In this document: positions 48,773 to 57,684 of the stretch, piece after piece
Numbering within the stretch: the stretch's first letter is position 1
Layout of the letters: each line of letters starts with the position of its first letter
IMG/VR virus record: IMGVR_UViG_3300001680_000191
Coordinates: 1-64,000 of that record
Source: an uncultured virus (IMG/VR IMGVR_UViG_3300001680_000191)
Lineage: Duplodnaviria > Heunggongvirae > Uroviricota > Caudoviricetes
DNA length: 64,000 nt
Reading direction: 5' to 3' (one strand)
Notes under the pieces: model-generated
What the model saw: the letters and a program-made list of their open reading frames with translations, nothing else
What the model was told of the DNA's origin: nothing
Databases searched by the model: none
Translations under genes and position numbers: made by a program

Positions 48773-49548
48773 TGTCGAAAGGCGTTATAAAGAAAGCATT
48801 AGGTGCCCTAGTCGCCCTAGGCATCCTTGCCTTGTTGGTATTGCTATCCATTCAATCTATAAATGAAGATTTAAGAATATCTAAATCCGATATGGGCATG
48901 AGTAACGACCTATCCTATAAAGAAAAAAGGGCAGCGTCAACCTCACGAATGAGCGCTGTTCGTATTGTGTCAATGACTTCGGATGGGAGTGGTATGTCCA
49001 GCATGAGTGGCACTTACGTGACGGTGATGGGGCGTTATTACGTGCTTACGGTTATGCACGGCATCGCCGGCCCCTGTGAGCTTACAAAGATTATCGTTGA
49101 GGATGTGTATTACGATTGTATTAAATATATTACCGTAGATTCGCTCCACGACTACGCAATCATGGAGGTTGAAAAGATTTTTTCGCGCCACCCCATCAGT
49201 ATTATTCTTGACACCCCTTTAATTCAATCGTCCTCGGGGCGCCACTCATCTGTCTTGGCAAACGTCTATTACACAGGGTTCCCAAATGCGATGGGACCTT
49301 TCACGGTGAGGGGGCACATTATGGGCTATGATGCTTTCGGGAGCAAAAATATCTATATACTTTCATACGCCTGGATGGGCGCCTCTGGTTCTGGCGTTTT
49401 TAACGAGGATGCAAAACTTATAGGATACGTCATCGCGCTAGATGTAGGAAAAACAGAGGACGGGGTTCAGGTCTTGGAAAATGTTGTAATGGTGGGCTCC
49501 TCCAAAAATATTAATTGGTCTCCGCTCTTTAAAGAGTTTTACGAATAA
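48772..49548 (+). CDS. Membrane-anchored trypsin-like serine protease
   Basis: N-terminal TM; LTVMH, DYAI, GASGSGVF. Confidence 0.82.
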   Translation: MSKGVIKKALGALVALGILALLVLLSIQSINEDLRISKSDMGMSNDLSYKEKRAASTSRMSAVRIVSMTSDGSGMSSMSGTYVTVMGRYYVLTVMHGIAGPCELTKIIVEDVYYDCIKYITVDSLHDYAIMEVEKIFSRHPISIILDTPLIQSSSGRHSSVLANVYYTGFPNAMGPFTVRGHIMGYDAFGSKNIYILSYAWMGASGSGVFNEDAKLIGYVIALDVGKTEDGVQVLENVVMVGSSKNINWSPLFKEFYE

Positions 49549-49560
49549 GGTATAATAACA

Positions 49561-49755
49561 ATGAAAACTGCAAAAGATGAAAAGTGTGTGTTTAAAGCAC
49601 TCTTTGAAAAAATGGAAAAACTAGATCGCGATATGCGCGATGTTAAAGAAACGCTATTACGATTAAAGGAACAAATCTTAAATCCCGATGACTTGGCCCA
49701 ATTACAGACAGAGTATGAGTTATTTACCACAGGAGAAAATACCGATGACCACTGA
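49561..49755 (+). CDS. Small coiled-coil hypothetical protein
   Basis: AAGG RBS; overlaps the next start. Confidence 0.55.
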   Translation: MKTAKDEKCVFKALFEKMEKLDRDMRDVKETLLRLKEQILNPDDLAQLQTEYELFTTGENTDDH

Positions 49756-50086
49756 ACCAGATATAACCCATTTAGAGTTGGCTACTGAGCCAGAGGATCT
49801 AAAGCCCAAACCACCCCCTCGCCTGGCGCCGAGAGGAATAAGAACCTTTACCGTGTGTCGCCAGAGTGACGAAACCGGAGTATCAGGCGAAGGTGTTGTA
49901 ATCGAAGGGGTGTCGTTGGCCTCTGGCCACTGTATCATCCATTGGCTGTTTCCGCCCCCACGCGGCGGCATTGCTATTTTTGATTCGTTAGATGATTTTT
50001 TGAAGGTGCACGTTAAACCTCACCCAACCAACAAAACTATCATCACTTTTGAGGATGGCGAACAGAATACTTACGAGGGAGGATAG
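49745..50086 (+). CDS. Hypothetical phage protein
   Basis: AGGAG RBS before ATG 49745; RQSDETGVSGEGVVIEGV motif. Confidence 0.65.
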   Translation: MTTEPDITHLELATEPEDLKPKPPPRLAPRGIRTFTVCRQSDETGVSGEGVVIEGVSLASGHCIIHWLFPPPRGGIAIFDSLDDFLKVHVKPHPTNKTIITFEDGEQNTYEGG

Positions 50087-50091
50087 TATAG

Positions 50092-50535
50092 ATGAGTTAT
50101 AAATTCACACGCGAAACCCACACCTTCGAAGAAATGGGCCCAGACCCCACAACCCTTACAAATGATACCGGTGGTGGTGATGTGGTTACATTTGGGACGG
50201 GTAACTTGACGTCAGGCAAGATATACTATCTTTCCTCTGGGGGAGCCTGGACCGAAACAGACGCAGATGCCATTGCTTCAAGTGATGGATTGCTTGGGAT
50301 CGCTCTGGGGGCTGCCCCCGCTGACGGACTTCTTCTGCGTGGGTTTTTTGATGCGGCAACCTATCTCTCAAACTTCATATCAGGTCTGCCTGTATATCTT
50401 TCCGCCACCGCTGCATCCATGGACACAACTCAACCTGCAGGCGCCGGCGATGTTGTTAGGTGCGTGGGTTACTGCACAGACACCGCCAACGTCATTTATT
50501 TTAACCCGAGCGCCACAACAATAGAGTTGTCGTAA
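50092..50535 (+). CDS. Probable virion accessory (fibre/decoration-like) protein
   Basis: Gly/Thr/Ala-rich; LLGIAL, GLPVYLS, VVRCVGY, IYFNP. Confidence 0.5.
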   Translation: MSYKFTRETHTFEEMGPDPTTLTNDTGGGDVVTFGTGNLTSGKIYYLSSGGAWTETDADAIASSDGLLGIALGAAPADGLLLRGFFDAATYLSNFISGLPVYLSATAASMDTTQPAGAGDVVRCVGYCTDTANVIYFNPSATTIELS

Positions 50536-51611
50536 TGGCAATCAACAAAGTCAACGGAATCTTATTCTCCGATATCAGCAAAGTTCAAAATGTTGACGAC
50601 ACAGATATTGATAAGATAAATGGACTAGCCGCCGGAGAAGCCGCACCAGCAGAGCACAGCCCTCTGTGGGTTGCAGTTGGAAGTAATAAACTCGCCTACT
50701 CAACAAACGGCACAGACTGGACAGACCTTACCATGACCGGAGTATCCGCCCTTAAAGATCTTACATTTGGCAAGAACTCTAGCGGCACGGACGCATGGTA
50801 TGGGTGTTCAACTACCGACTCGAAAGGGTTTGCCTATACCACAGATGTTACAGATGCCGATTCGTGGTCGACAGTCAATCCTCCCGGTACTGGCGGCGGC
50901 ACCGCAATAGAGTATAGTGTCAACGGAACAATAATAATGGGCAGAGAACATGAGAACTACTCAATACGTCGCTCTACGGACTACGGAATTACCTGGGTTA
51001 ATTCAACTATTGGTAACATTCCGGGCAATGCGCCCAAGGCGACAGATTCTTTAGCGACAAATGGGGAAGGTGTATGGCTAGCAGGTATGGGAACACTTGG
51101 CGTCATTTTGAAGTCTTTTGATGACGGCATTAACTGGTATAAGTCTGCTGATCTTGGAAGCGACCAACACATTGGTTTGGAATACGCGAACGGCGCATGG
51201 GTAGCCACCGAGAAAAGCAAAACAATTAACGTTTGTACCTCAGTAGCAGAAAGTAATATCACAGACACTTGGACACAAGTAGACCCCCCAACCACTAAAA
51301 CCGGAGATTCAATAGCCCATATCACCGGCAGTACATGGATGGTTGGTGGTGGGAGAAGGAAGATGTGGAAGAGCACTGATAATGCAGCATCTTGGGTTCA
51401 AGTAACAAGTCTTACTAACTACGGAGGGAGCACATCCACTAATAACAATGCCTACTCGCTGGCATCAGACGGCACGAGCGTCATCGCTACCGGTAGAGAG
51501 GGGTATATTAACATATCAACAGATCTTGGGGAAACATGGACAACTGTTCACACTATGCCAGGCAATCAGCATATGGTATCGGTTGAATACAACAAGGTTA
51601 AGCCTTTTTAA
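50535..51611 (+). CDS. BNR/Asp-box beta-propeller protein, probably virion-associated
   Basis: Repeated S.D.G.TW motifs: STNGTDW, STDYGITW, SFDDGINW, STDNAASW, STDLGETW. Confidence 0.75.
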   Translation: MAINKVNGILFSDISKVQNVDDTDIDKINGLAAGEAAPAEHSPLWVAVGSNKLAYSTNGTDWTDLTMTGVSALKDLTFGKNSSGTDAWYGCSTTDSKGFAYTTDVTDADSWSTVNPPGTGGGTAIEYSVNGTIIMGREHENYSIRRSTDYGITWVNSTIGNIPGNAPKATDSLATNGEGVWLAGMGTLGVILKSFDDGINWYKSADLGSDQHIGLEYANGAWVATEKSKTINVCTSVAESNITDTWTQVDPPTTKTGDSIAHITGSTWMVGGGRRKMWKSTDNAASWVQVTSLTNYGGSTSTNNNAYSLASDGTSVIATGREGYINISTDLGETWTTVHTMPGNQHMVSVEYNKVKPF

Positions 51612-51634
51612 CATAAAGGAAACTATTTATAAAC

Positions 51635-52582
51635 ATGGACAAGTGGTTTAAATTACTACAAGAAGATCGCCGCGACCGACGACCTCGGCCCGAACCGACA
51701 CCTTTTAAGAGCGATGCTCAAAAAAGATATAAGGCACAACGCCGCAAAAATGACATATATTCAACCTCGGGCGGCCACAAAAACTTATCCAGCGGAGAAC
51801 CCTATAACAACAAAACAAAAAGAGCTGGCACTGATAGATTGCGTTTTGAAGAAGTGGAAGAAGAAACATTTGAGATGAACACCACCCTCAAACCGGAAAT
51901 ATGGAAGGGACTGACGCTAAACCCCAAAGTAGCAGATAAGCTTTTAGGGATTGCAGAAGATTTTTTAGAAAACTTAGAAATTGAGGTAGATATGCTTGAT
52001 TTGCGAATTACAGGTAGCCTGGCAAACTTTAACTGGTCTAGATATTCAGATGTGGATTTGCATATAGTTGTAGACTTCGCCACTGTCGATGAGGACTTAA
52101 TTTTGGTTAAAGCATACTTCGACGCAGCCAGAGCAAAATGGAACGATCTACACAGCATTACTATCAAGGGACATGAAGTGGAAATCTATGTAGAAAATGC
52201 GAATGAAGAACACGTATCTTCTGGCATCTATTCTATTTTGGGAGAGCGTTGGATTGTAGAGCCTACACGACAAGAGGTAGAAATCGACTTCGCTCAAGCC
52301 CGCAAGAAAAGCGATAGTATCCAAACACGCACGGCTTTAATCGGATATCAAGTGGAGGCTGGAGACTATAAGGGCGCCCTAACCGCCATAGATAGAGTTA
52401 AAAGTAAAATACGGCGCATGCGAGCGGCAGGTTTGGCCAGTCCACAGCGCGAGTTCTCCCCCGAGAACATAGCATTTAAGATTCTCAGACGAGAGGAAAT
52501 TCTTAAACAGTTGAATGACTTAAAGTATAATGCATATGATAATATGATGAGTATTAAAGAAAGGAGAGAATGTGAAGTTTGA
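51635..52582 (+). CDS. Pol-beta superfamily nucleotidyltransferase
   Basis: ITGSLANFNWSRYSDVDLHIV (GS...DxD) and a third acidic residue in EVEIYVE. Confidence 0.8.
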   Translation: MDKWFKLLQEDRRDRRPRPEPTPFKSDAQKRYKAQRRKNDIYSTSGGHKNLSSGEPYNNKTKRAGTDRLRFEEVEEETFEMNTTLKPEIWKGLTLNPKVADKLLGIAEDFLENLEIEVDMLDLRITGSLANFNWSRYSDVDLHIVVDFATVDEDLILVKAYFDAARAKWNDLHSITIKGHEVEIYVENANEEHVSSGIYSILGERWIVEPTRQEVEIDFAQARKKSDSIQTRTALIGYQVEAGDYKGALTAIDRVKSKIRRMRAAGLASPQREFSPENIAFKILRREEILKQLNDLKYNAYDNMMSIKERRECEV

Positions 52583-52805
52583 AGAGATTTCGGAAACACA
52601 AAAAGTAACTCCTGGCGAGTACGTCTTGCATGAGCCCACAAAGCAGATTGTAATGTGTGGTGCTTTTAACCGCGAAGCTGATTTCATTCGAGCAATTGGG
52701 ATGGGCAGGTCACTTAAGGATAAAATATCAAACTTTAAAAAGATAAAGCTCACTGAAGAAGAAAGGCAGGATAGAAAAGTTAGTCGTTGTAAGGGGTGTG
52801 GATAA
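52572..52805 (+). CDS. Hypothetical protein
   Basis: AAGGAG RBS and GTG start; CKGC at the end. Confidence 0.6.
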   Translation: MKFEEISETQKVTPGEYVLHEPTKQIVMCGAFNREADFIRAIGMGRSLKDKISNFKKIKLTEEERQDRKVSRCKGCG

Positions 52806-53071
52806 TGTTTTGGACTGAGGGTTTTTTTAATTCAGGACCGTTTGCCAGCGCGAGCATCGACAGCCAAAATTTTGCGGACGGACTATACTTCGCTCATCTG
52901 TTTCAATCTTCTTTGGAACAACGCACCCTGATTGAAGAAGCTCACTTGACCGCCACGATGAATAATGATTTAGAATTAGCACTTAAAAAGAAAACTGAAT
53001 TAGATTATTTAGATGGTGTATTCAGACTAACAATGGAAATACACAAATCTGACGGTGGATTAGATTCTTGA
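52796..53071 (+). CDS. Hypothetical protein
   Basis: Coupled small ORF; start uncertain. Confidence 0.5.
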   Translation: MWIMFWTEGFFNSGPFASASIDSQNFADGLYFAHLFQSSLEQRTLIEEAHLTATMNNDLELALKKKTELDYLDGVFRLTMEIHKSDGGLDS

Positions 53072-53331
53072 CCAAGCTATACATTTATTGTTTATTTGAA
53101 CAAGACGATATTTTTCACGGAGTTTATTCTTCGTTAAAAAGTGCCCACCGCGATGCGCTAAAGATGGCCAACAAAGGACCAACCGGGGTGTATATTAAAT
53201 ATTCTGGCGAATATTTAGCACCCACGCTGCCGATCTTGAAAAAGATTTTTAACGGAGAGATAGACATAAAAGTTGAATACATTTCTTCAGCCGCCAGGGC
53301 CACCATTATTAAAACAAAACTAAAAGAGTAA
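53068..53331 (+). CDS. Hypothetical protein
   Basis: KLYIY...GVYSSLKSA motif. Confidence 0.55.
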   Translation: MTKLYIYCLFEQDDIFHGVYSSLKSAHRDALKMANKGPTGVYIKYSGEYLAPTLPILKKIFNGEIDIKVEYISSAARATIIKTKLKE

Positions 53332-53332
53332 G

Positions 53333-53590
53333 ATGGAAATTTATGTAATATACGGAATCACAGATTGTCCCGCATGTCTCCGCGCATGCGCGGATTTAAT
53401 GGATTGTGAGAAAGAATATGTTTTTGTAGAAACTGATTTTTCTAAAACATACCGGACTTCCCTTAAAAAAGAATTTGAGTGGGAGAGTTTTCCGATGATA
53501 GTGAAAGCGACCGAGGACACAGAGGAGTTCATCGGTGGCTATGATGATTTGTGTCATATTTTAGAAAAGGAATCAAGCGCCCCCACGTGA
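53333..53590 (+). CDS. Glutaredoxin
   Basis: CPAC, SFPMI, FIGGYDDL. Confidence 0.88.
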   Translation: MEIYVIYGITDCPACLRACADLMDCEKEYVFVETDFSKTYRTSLKKEFEWESFPMIVKATEDTEEFIGGYDDLCHILEKESSAPT

Positions 53591-53645
53591 AGCCTATAAA
53601 TTGAACATCGGCTCTTCACAAAATAATCATTAGAATAGTTACTAT

Positions 53646-53894
53646 GTGGAATTTAAACGCGGAAATTTGATACGGTGGGTGGTGGATCATAATGCATATG
53701 AAGCCTCCGACGACGTTTTAAGGGGTATCAGCCCTAATTATAGACATGGGATTGTCATGGAAGTATCGAATAAAGATCCAACTGCCGTGATGGTTTTTTG
53801 TTATGATTGCAAAAAGAAAAGGGAGGGCAATTGGATGATACTCGATGCGGCACACGATAGACTTGAAATTTTGAGTGGTGAATCCGATGGCTAA
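53646..53894 (+). CDS. Divergent SH3/KOW-like family member
   Basis: FKRGNLIRW...HGIVMEV...LEILS. Confidence 0.6.
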   Translation: MEFKRGNLIRWVVDHNAYEASDDVLRGISPNYRHGIVMEVSNKDPTAVMVFCYDCKKKREGNWMILDAAHDRLEILSGESDG

Positions 53895-54189
53895 TTTATT
53901 TTTCAAGAAAGAAAAGTCCCCCAAACAAGAGGCAATAAACGCACTTCTGTTAATGATCTCCAATTATTATGACGGGCGCTATGAAGTGTTGGCGACATCA
54001 GATGATGGAGGGGCTATGTTGGAAGTACAGATAGAGGTGCCTGATGTTTCTGGACACTTATCTACCCAAGCACCAACATTTCCTTTTTTTGATATTTGGC
54101 CTATTTGGATGGGCTGGCGTGTGGTGATAGCTAAAGTACCGCCGGGGTACATCGATGCAATAACCTTGGCAGCAGAGTCAGATTATTAA
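53887..54189 (+). CDS. Hypothetical protein
   Basis: Overlaps the upstream stop. Confidence 0.55.
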   Translation: MANLFFKKEKSPKQEAINALLLMISNYYDGRYEVLATSDDGGAMLEVQIEVPDVSGHLSTQAPTFPFFDIWPIWMGWRVVIAKVPPGYIDAITLAAESDY

Positions 54190-54239
54190 CATCCCTCTGA
54201 CAACATATGCTTGACTTTTTTCTTGAGTTGGGTTATATT
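54186..54239 (+). promoter_or_regulatory. Promoter with tandem upstream boxes
   Basis: TTAACA(54186), CTGACA(54197), -35 TTGACT(54211)-N17-TATATT. Confidence 0.65.
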
Positions 54240-54259
54240 TATAACATAGAGAGAAGATT

Positions 54260-54898
54260 ATGTCAATGGAACAAAAAATTACTGAAACTCTTTCAAGGTC
54301 GGTCTGCGGTGGATGGGATCGTGGCTTTTTAGAATCTATCCTTGACCAACTTGCCAAGGGTCGCAACCTATCAATCAAACAAAAACAAAGCATAGGCAAA
54401 GTATTGGCGCGTAACGGCGATGACGCGCAGGGAGTTCACGACAACTGGCAAACTGAATATATTAAGAAATATAAAAAAGATGGAATCGTGCTGGCCACAT
54501 ATCATTCCCGGCAGCCTTATTATAAGCCAATGGCCGCAGACATTTTAGCAGACAAAGTGCCGGAGTATAAAAAGTTTCTCCGCATGTATAATAATAAGTA
54601 TTCCCGCAAGGTTCTTGCAGCCCACACACAGGCGCCACGTTATGCGGTAAGCACCCATATACAGGGGAGAACCAATCTGAATGCCTACAAAGACATTGAG
54701 ATAGATAGTGTAGCGTGGACTACTCAATCGGCCGTCGTGGAAAAGTTCAAAAAGCATGGCGGGTTCATAATGGAGATTCGCCCTGAAATATATTCTCATG
54801 CCAAGGGTTCTAAACGATACAAGATTTTACCCATAGGCGCTACAATACCTCTTATTATTGAGGAACGACACCTGAAACTACATCGTAAGACCAAATAG
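54260..54898 (+). CDS. Hypothetical phage protein
   Basis: WDRGFLESILDQL...LSIKQ motif. Confidence 0.7.
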   Translation: MSMEQKITETLSRSVCGGWDRGFLESILDQLAKGRNLSIKQKQSIGKVLARNGDDAQGVHDNWQTEYIKKYKKDGIVLATYHSRQPYYKPMAADILADKVPEYKKFLRMYNNKYSRKVLAAHTQAPRYAVSTHIQGRTNLNAYKDIEIDSVAWTTQSAVVEKFKKHGGFIMEIRPEIYSHAKGSKRYKILPIGATIPLIIEERHLKLHRKTK

Positions 54899-54913
54899 GA
54901 AGCTATTTATGGT

Positions 54914-55147
54914 GTGTATCCTCCACGCTTTCAATCCGGTACTTTCGTTCGATGTGTCTATGACTTCATGGATTTTTATACCTATATTTATGACGATGTT
55001 GACGCGACAGATTACACTCACTACGGTCTTGTGATCCGCGCCGACCCCGAGTTTTTAGATTTTATGGATGAATATGTTTATGAGGTTTTGTGTGTGGACG
55101 GGATTAAGAGGCATTTTATGGAGTCAGAAATCGTAGAAGTTATGTAA
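54914..55147 (+). CDS. Divergent SH3/KOW-like family member
   Basis: FQSGTFVR...YGLVI...YEVL...FMESEIVEV. Confidence 0.5.
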   Translation: MYPPRFQSGTFVRCVYDFMDFYTYIYDDVDATDYTHYGLVIRADPEFLDFMDEYVYEVLCVDGIKRHFMESEIVEVM

Positions 55148-55155
55148 GTTTGCAC

Positions 55156-55184
55156 TTGACAGGGCGTGCGTAATGCGATATACT
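55156..55184 (+). promoter_or_regulatory. sigma70 promoter for tRNA-Leu
   Basis: TTGACA-N17-TATACT. Confidence 0.75.
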
Positions 55185-55196
55185 TTATATAGGAAG

Positions 55197-55282
55197 GGCT
55201 GATTGGTGGAACGGTATACACAGGAGACTTAAAATCTCCCGCCCGTTCGGGCTTGCGGGTTCGAGTCCCGCATCAGCTACCA
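55197..55282 (+). tRNA. tRNA-Leu (anticodon TAA)
   Basis: Acceptor stem GGCTGAT/ATCAGCT, anticodon arm GGAGA-CTTAAAA-TCTCC, long variable arm, GGTTCGAG T-loop, encoded CCA. Confidence 0.93.
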
Positions 55283-55295
55283 TTTAGGAGGTAAA

Positions 55296-55487
55296 ATGAA
55301 AAGCATTTTCAAATATGGGATAATCGTTATTTTAATCTATTTTGGGGTCAACTGGGTTGCAGATAATCCGAAGTCAATGCACCAGTTTCGCAAGATAATG
55401 AATGGCTGGGTAGCTACCGGCGCAGAAAAGGCTTCGGAAGTGTTTGACGGGATAAAAACGAGTGCCTCACAATCTCTTGACAAATAA
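55296..55487 (+). CDS. Small membrane protein
   Basis: AGGAGG RBS; N-terminal TM. Confidence 0.7.
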   Translation: MKSIFKYGIIVILIYFGVNWVADNPKSMHQFRKIMNGWVATGAEKASEVFDGIKTSASQSLDK

Positions 55488-55520
55488 AATCTTGCTTTTT
55501 TCATAGCAGGGTGCTATATT
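55466..55520 (+). promoter_or_regulatory. Promoter with tandem upstream boxes
   Basis: CTCACA(55466), TTGACA(55477), -35 TTGCTT(55492)-N17-TATATT with TG extension. Confidence 0.65.
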
Positions 55521-55542
55521 ATATACATCCAAGGAGAGCAAA

Positions 55543-55701
55543 ATGGATTTTAGTATTGGTGATATTGTGAAACATATTGAAGCTGGCAAGATTGGCACGG
55601 TAAGGCTGATCGACGGTGTGGCTGTCTGGGTATACTGGGGGTGCGGGTCGCTCGATCACACCAACTATATGCAGCTTGAAATACTTGACACGGCTGTATG
55701 A
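55543..55701 (+). CDS. GDLV-family small protein (52 aa, not in the ORF track)
   Basis: MDFSIGDIVKHIEAGKIGTV...WVYW...LEILDTAV; AAGGAG RBS. Confidence 0.7.
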   Translation: MDFSIGDIVKHIEAGKIGTVRLIDGVAVWVYWGCGSLDHTNYMQLEILDTAV

Positions 55702-55919
55702 TAAGAGTAGGCGATCTGGTAAAATACATTCCGAGTCCCTCTGCCACATTTAAGTGGGAGAGGTACACGGATGCGTATAAAGCCCTTCCTGGCGTGATTC
55801 TACGCGAAGTGAAAGCCAAGGGCACCACTACGCGCCGATTTGAGATACGCTGGCACGACGGCCAGCTATCAGAAGAATGGATAAGTTTTCTGGAACCCTT
55901 TGACAACTCTTTGACTTGA
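55698..55919 (+). CDS. GDLV-family small protein
   Basis: MIRVGDLVKY...PGVILRE...IRWHDG...LEPF. Confidence 0.75.
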   Translation: MIRVGDLVKYIPSPSATFKWERYTDAYKALPGVILREVKAKGTTTRRFEIRWHDGQLSEEWISFLEPFDNSLT

Positions 55920-55944
55920 CTTGGGGCGGTTTCGGTGTTATATT
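55900..55944 (+). promoter_or_regulatory. Promoter with tandem upstream boxes
   Basis: TTGACA(55900), TTGAC(55911), -35 TTGACT(55916)-N17-TATATT with TG extension. Confidence 0.75.
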
Positions 55945-55966
55945 ATAAGAGTAAGGAGAGGAAGAA

Positions 55967-56161
55967 ATGAGCCCTGAAGAAATGAAAGCGCGCCCCGTGC
56001 GATTTATCGTCGCTGGTGATATGGTACACGAAAATATAGGAACCTTTGGCGAATGGATCGGGCTCGTCATTGATGTTGATCAGCGTACAGGGACAGCCAA
56101 GATTCTCAGGCGAGGGAAAATCATCGAAAGAAGTGATCACGGTCGCTGGAATGTTGTTTAG
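55967..56161 (+). CDS. Divergent GDLV-family protein
   Basis: VAGDMVHE...IGLVIDV. Confidence 0.6.
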   Translation: MSPEEMKARPVRFIVAGDMVHENIGTFGEWIGLVIDVDQRTGTAKILRRGKIIERSDHGRWNVV

Positions 56162-56165
56162 ACTC

Positions 56166-56220
56166 TTGACAATCACTTGACAGGATTGCCCTTGCTACCT
56201 GTGTCCCACTATGTTATATT
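56166..56220 (+). promoter_or_regulatory. Promoter with tandem upstream boxes
   Basis: TTGACA(56166), TTGACA(56177), -35 TTGCTA(56192)-N17-TATATT with TG extension. Confidence 0.75.
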
Positions 56221-56242
56221 ATAGGTATAGAAAGGAGAAAAC

Positions 56243-56416
56243 ATGATCGAAGTTGGAAGTATTGTAGAGAGCATCGGCTTTGTGCAAGGGCACAACAAGT
56301 CAAACCACGGGCTTGTCATTAGCCTGATGGCAGACGGCAAGATCGCTCGCGTGTTCTGGATGGCTACGCAGCAGAGCGGCTTTTGCTCAGTTAAAGATTT
56401 GAAGGTGATAACATGA
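56243..56416 (+). CDS. Divergent GDLV-family protein (57 aa, not in the ORF track)
   Basis: MIEVGSIVES...HGLVIS...RVFW...DLKVIT; AAGGAG RBS. Confidence 0.7.
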   Translation: MIEVGSIVESIGFVQGHNKSNHGLVISLMADGKIARVFWMATQQSGFCSVKDLKVIT

Positions 56417-56760
56417 AAGTTTGGGTTATGCAAGGAAGCTATGAAGGCGAGTTGTTTAGCAGCGTACACCTGACTCAGAAAGGTTGCGCCATGGCGTGTA
56501 TTGCTGATATAATGGAGTTCTTGGATATTGACGACGAAGCATCGATGCTCGATGCGATACAAGACAGACAGGTATACGAGGCTCCCGTTGGAGAAAAAGA
56601 CGATATTGCGAAGCCTATTGAGTGGGACCAAGAGAAACTGAAAGAAATGACGAGCGAGCAGCTTTGGAAGATTTTTGCTGAGTGGTCCGAGATCAGTTGG
56701 GATCGAATGGCAGATCGTAGCTATAATCTCGACGCAAATCCTGTGGAGATTCAAGCATGA
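56413..56760 (+). CDS. Hypothetical protein, paralog of the next gene
   Basis: MKVWVMQ...VHLTQKGC. Confidence 0.7.
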   Translation: MKVWVMQGSYEGELFSSVHLTQKGCAMACIADIMEFLDIDDEASMLDAIQDRQVYEAPVGEKDDIAKPIEWDQEKLKEMTSEQLWKIFAEWSEISWDRMADRSYNLDANPVEIQA

Positions 56761-57062
56761 TGAACATTTGGGTAGTACGACAGACATGCACAATGGAACA
56801 CGACACCTATCTCTCCACGCATATAACGGAGAAAGGCGCGCTGATCACCGCCATTAAAATAGTGCGTGAGGATCTGACAGACGGATTCGATGAGGATGAG
56901 CTTGAAGATATGCGATCAGGCATGCCCCACCATCCCGAAGAAGATTTGATGCAGTACGACAGCAAACAACTACGGGGCATTGTTAACGACTGGTGGGAGT
57001 ATGGCTTTGATATGAATGAACACGTACAATACCAGATACATCAAACACAGGTGGTAGGATGA
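56757..57062 (+). CDS. Hypothetical protein, paralog of the previous gene
   Basis: MNIWVVR...THITEKGA. Confidence 0.7.
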   Translation: MMNIWVVRQTCTMEHDTYLSTHITEKGALITAIKIVREDLTDGFDEDELEDMRSGMPHHPEEDLMQYDSKQLRGIVNDWWEYGFDMNEHVQYQIHQTQVVG

Positions 57063-57295
57063 CAGCACTTAAAGTTTTTATTTTGGTGGGAACGATAGAT
57101 TCTCACGATGGTCAGTTTGCGACAGTCGAACTTAATCTAAATCCAGCAACGAATGGTGGCCCCGCGATGGCGGTGCTGCCCGTGTCTGCGTTTCCATGCG
57201 AGATCAAGGAAGGGAAAGTGTTTTATGTAGTTAAACTTTCCGAGCTGGAAGATGCTGTTATCATTTGCCAAAAGGAGCCTGATGAAAATAGGTGA
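57059..57295 (+). CDS. Hypothetical protein ending in the junction repeat
   Basis: Its stop lies inside ATGAAAATAGGTGA (C-terminus DENR). Confidence 0.65.
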   Translation: MTALKVFILVGTIDSHDGQFATVELNLNPATNGGPAMAVLPVSAFPCEIKEGKVFYVVKLSELEDAVIICQKEPDENR

Positions 57296-57476
57296 TTTGG
57301 TAAGGTTTGAAAGTGTCTTGAACGATGATATGGATCGTTATCAAGAAGCACATGGCTTGGTGGTGAAGATGTCTAAGACTGGACACGATACAGAGTCAGC
57401 ACAGGTGTTGTTTAGCAACGGAGAAACTGGATGGCTTGATACTCAAAGATTGGTGGTGATAAATGAAAGTAGGTGA
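57282..57476 (+). CDS. MKVGDLV-family protein
   Basis: MKIGDLVRF...LVVINESR. Confidence 0.8.
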   Translation: MKIGDLVRFESVLNDDMDRYQEAHGLVVKMSKTGHDTESAQVLFSNGETGWLDTQRLVVINESR

Positions 57477-57684
57477 CTTAGTTAAACTTCCGTCCTCGCG
57501 TGGAGCATCGTTCCGCGCTGGGCTTATTGTTGATTTTGTTGAAAAGAAATGCTGGCGCACAGAAGAACTTGGCATCAAGGTAGACTGGCGCAAGATCGAT
57601 CCAGAGCCTCACGCGGTTGTGTTGATTAACGGTAACCGCCGGACCATTCCGTTGACAGACTTGGAACCTATTGATGAAAGCTAG
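57463..57684 (+). CDS. MKVGDLV-family protein
   Basis: MKVGDLVKLP...LEPIDES. Confidence 0.8.
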   Translation: MKVGDLVKLPSSRGASFRAGLIVDFVEKKCWRTEELGIKVDWRKIDPEPHAVVLINGNRRTIPLTDLEPIDES

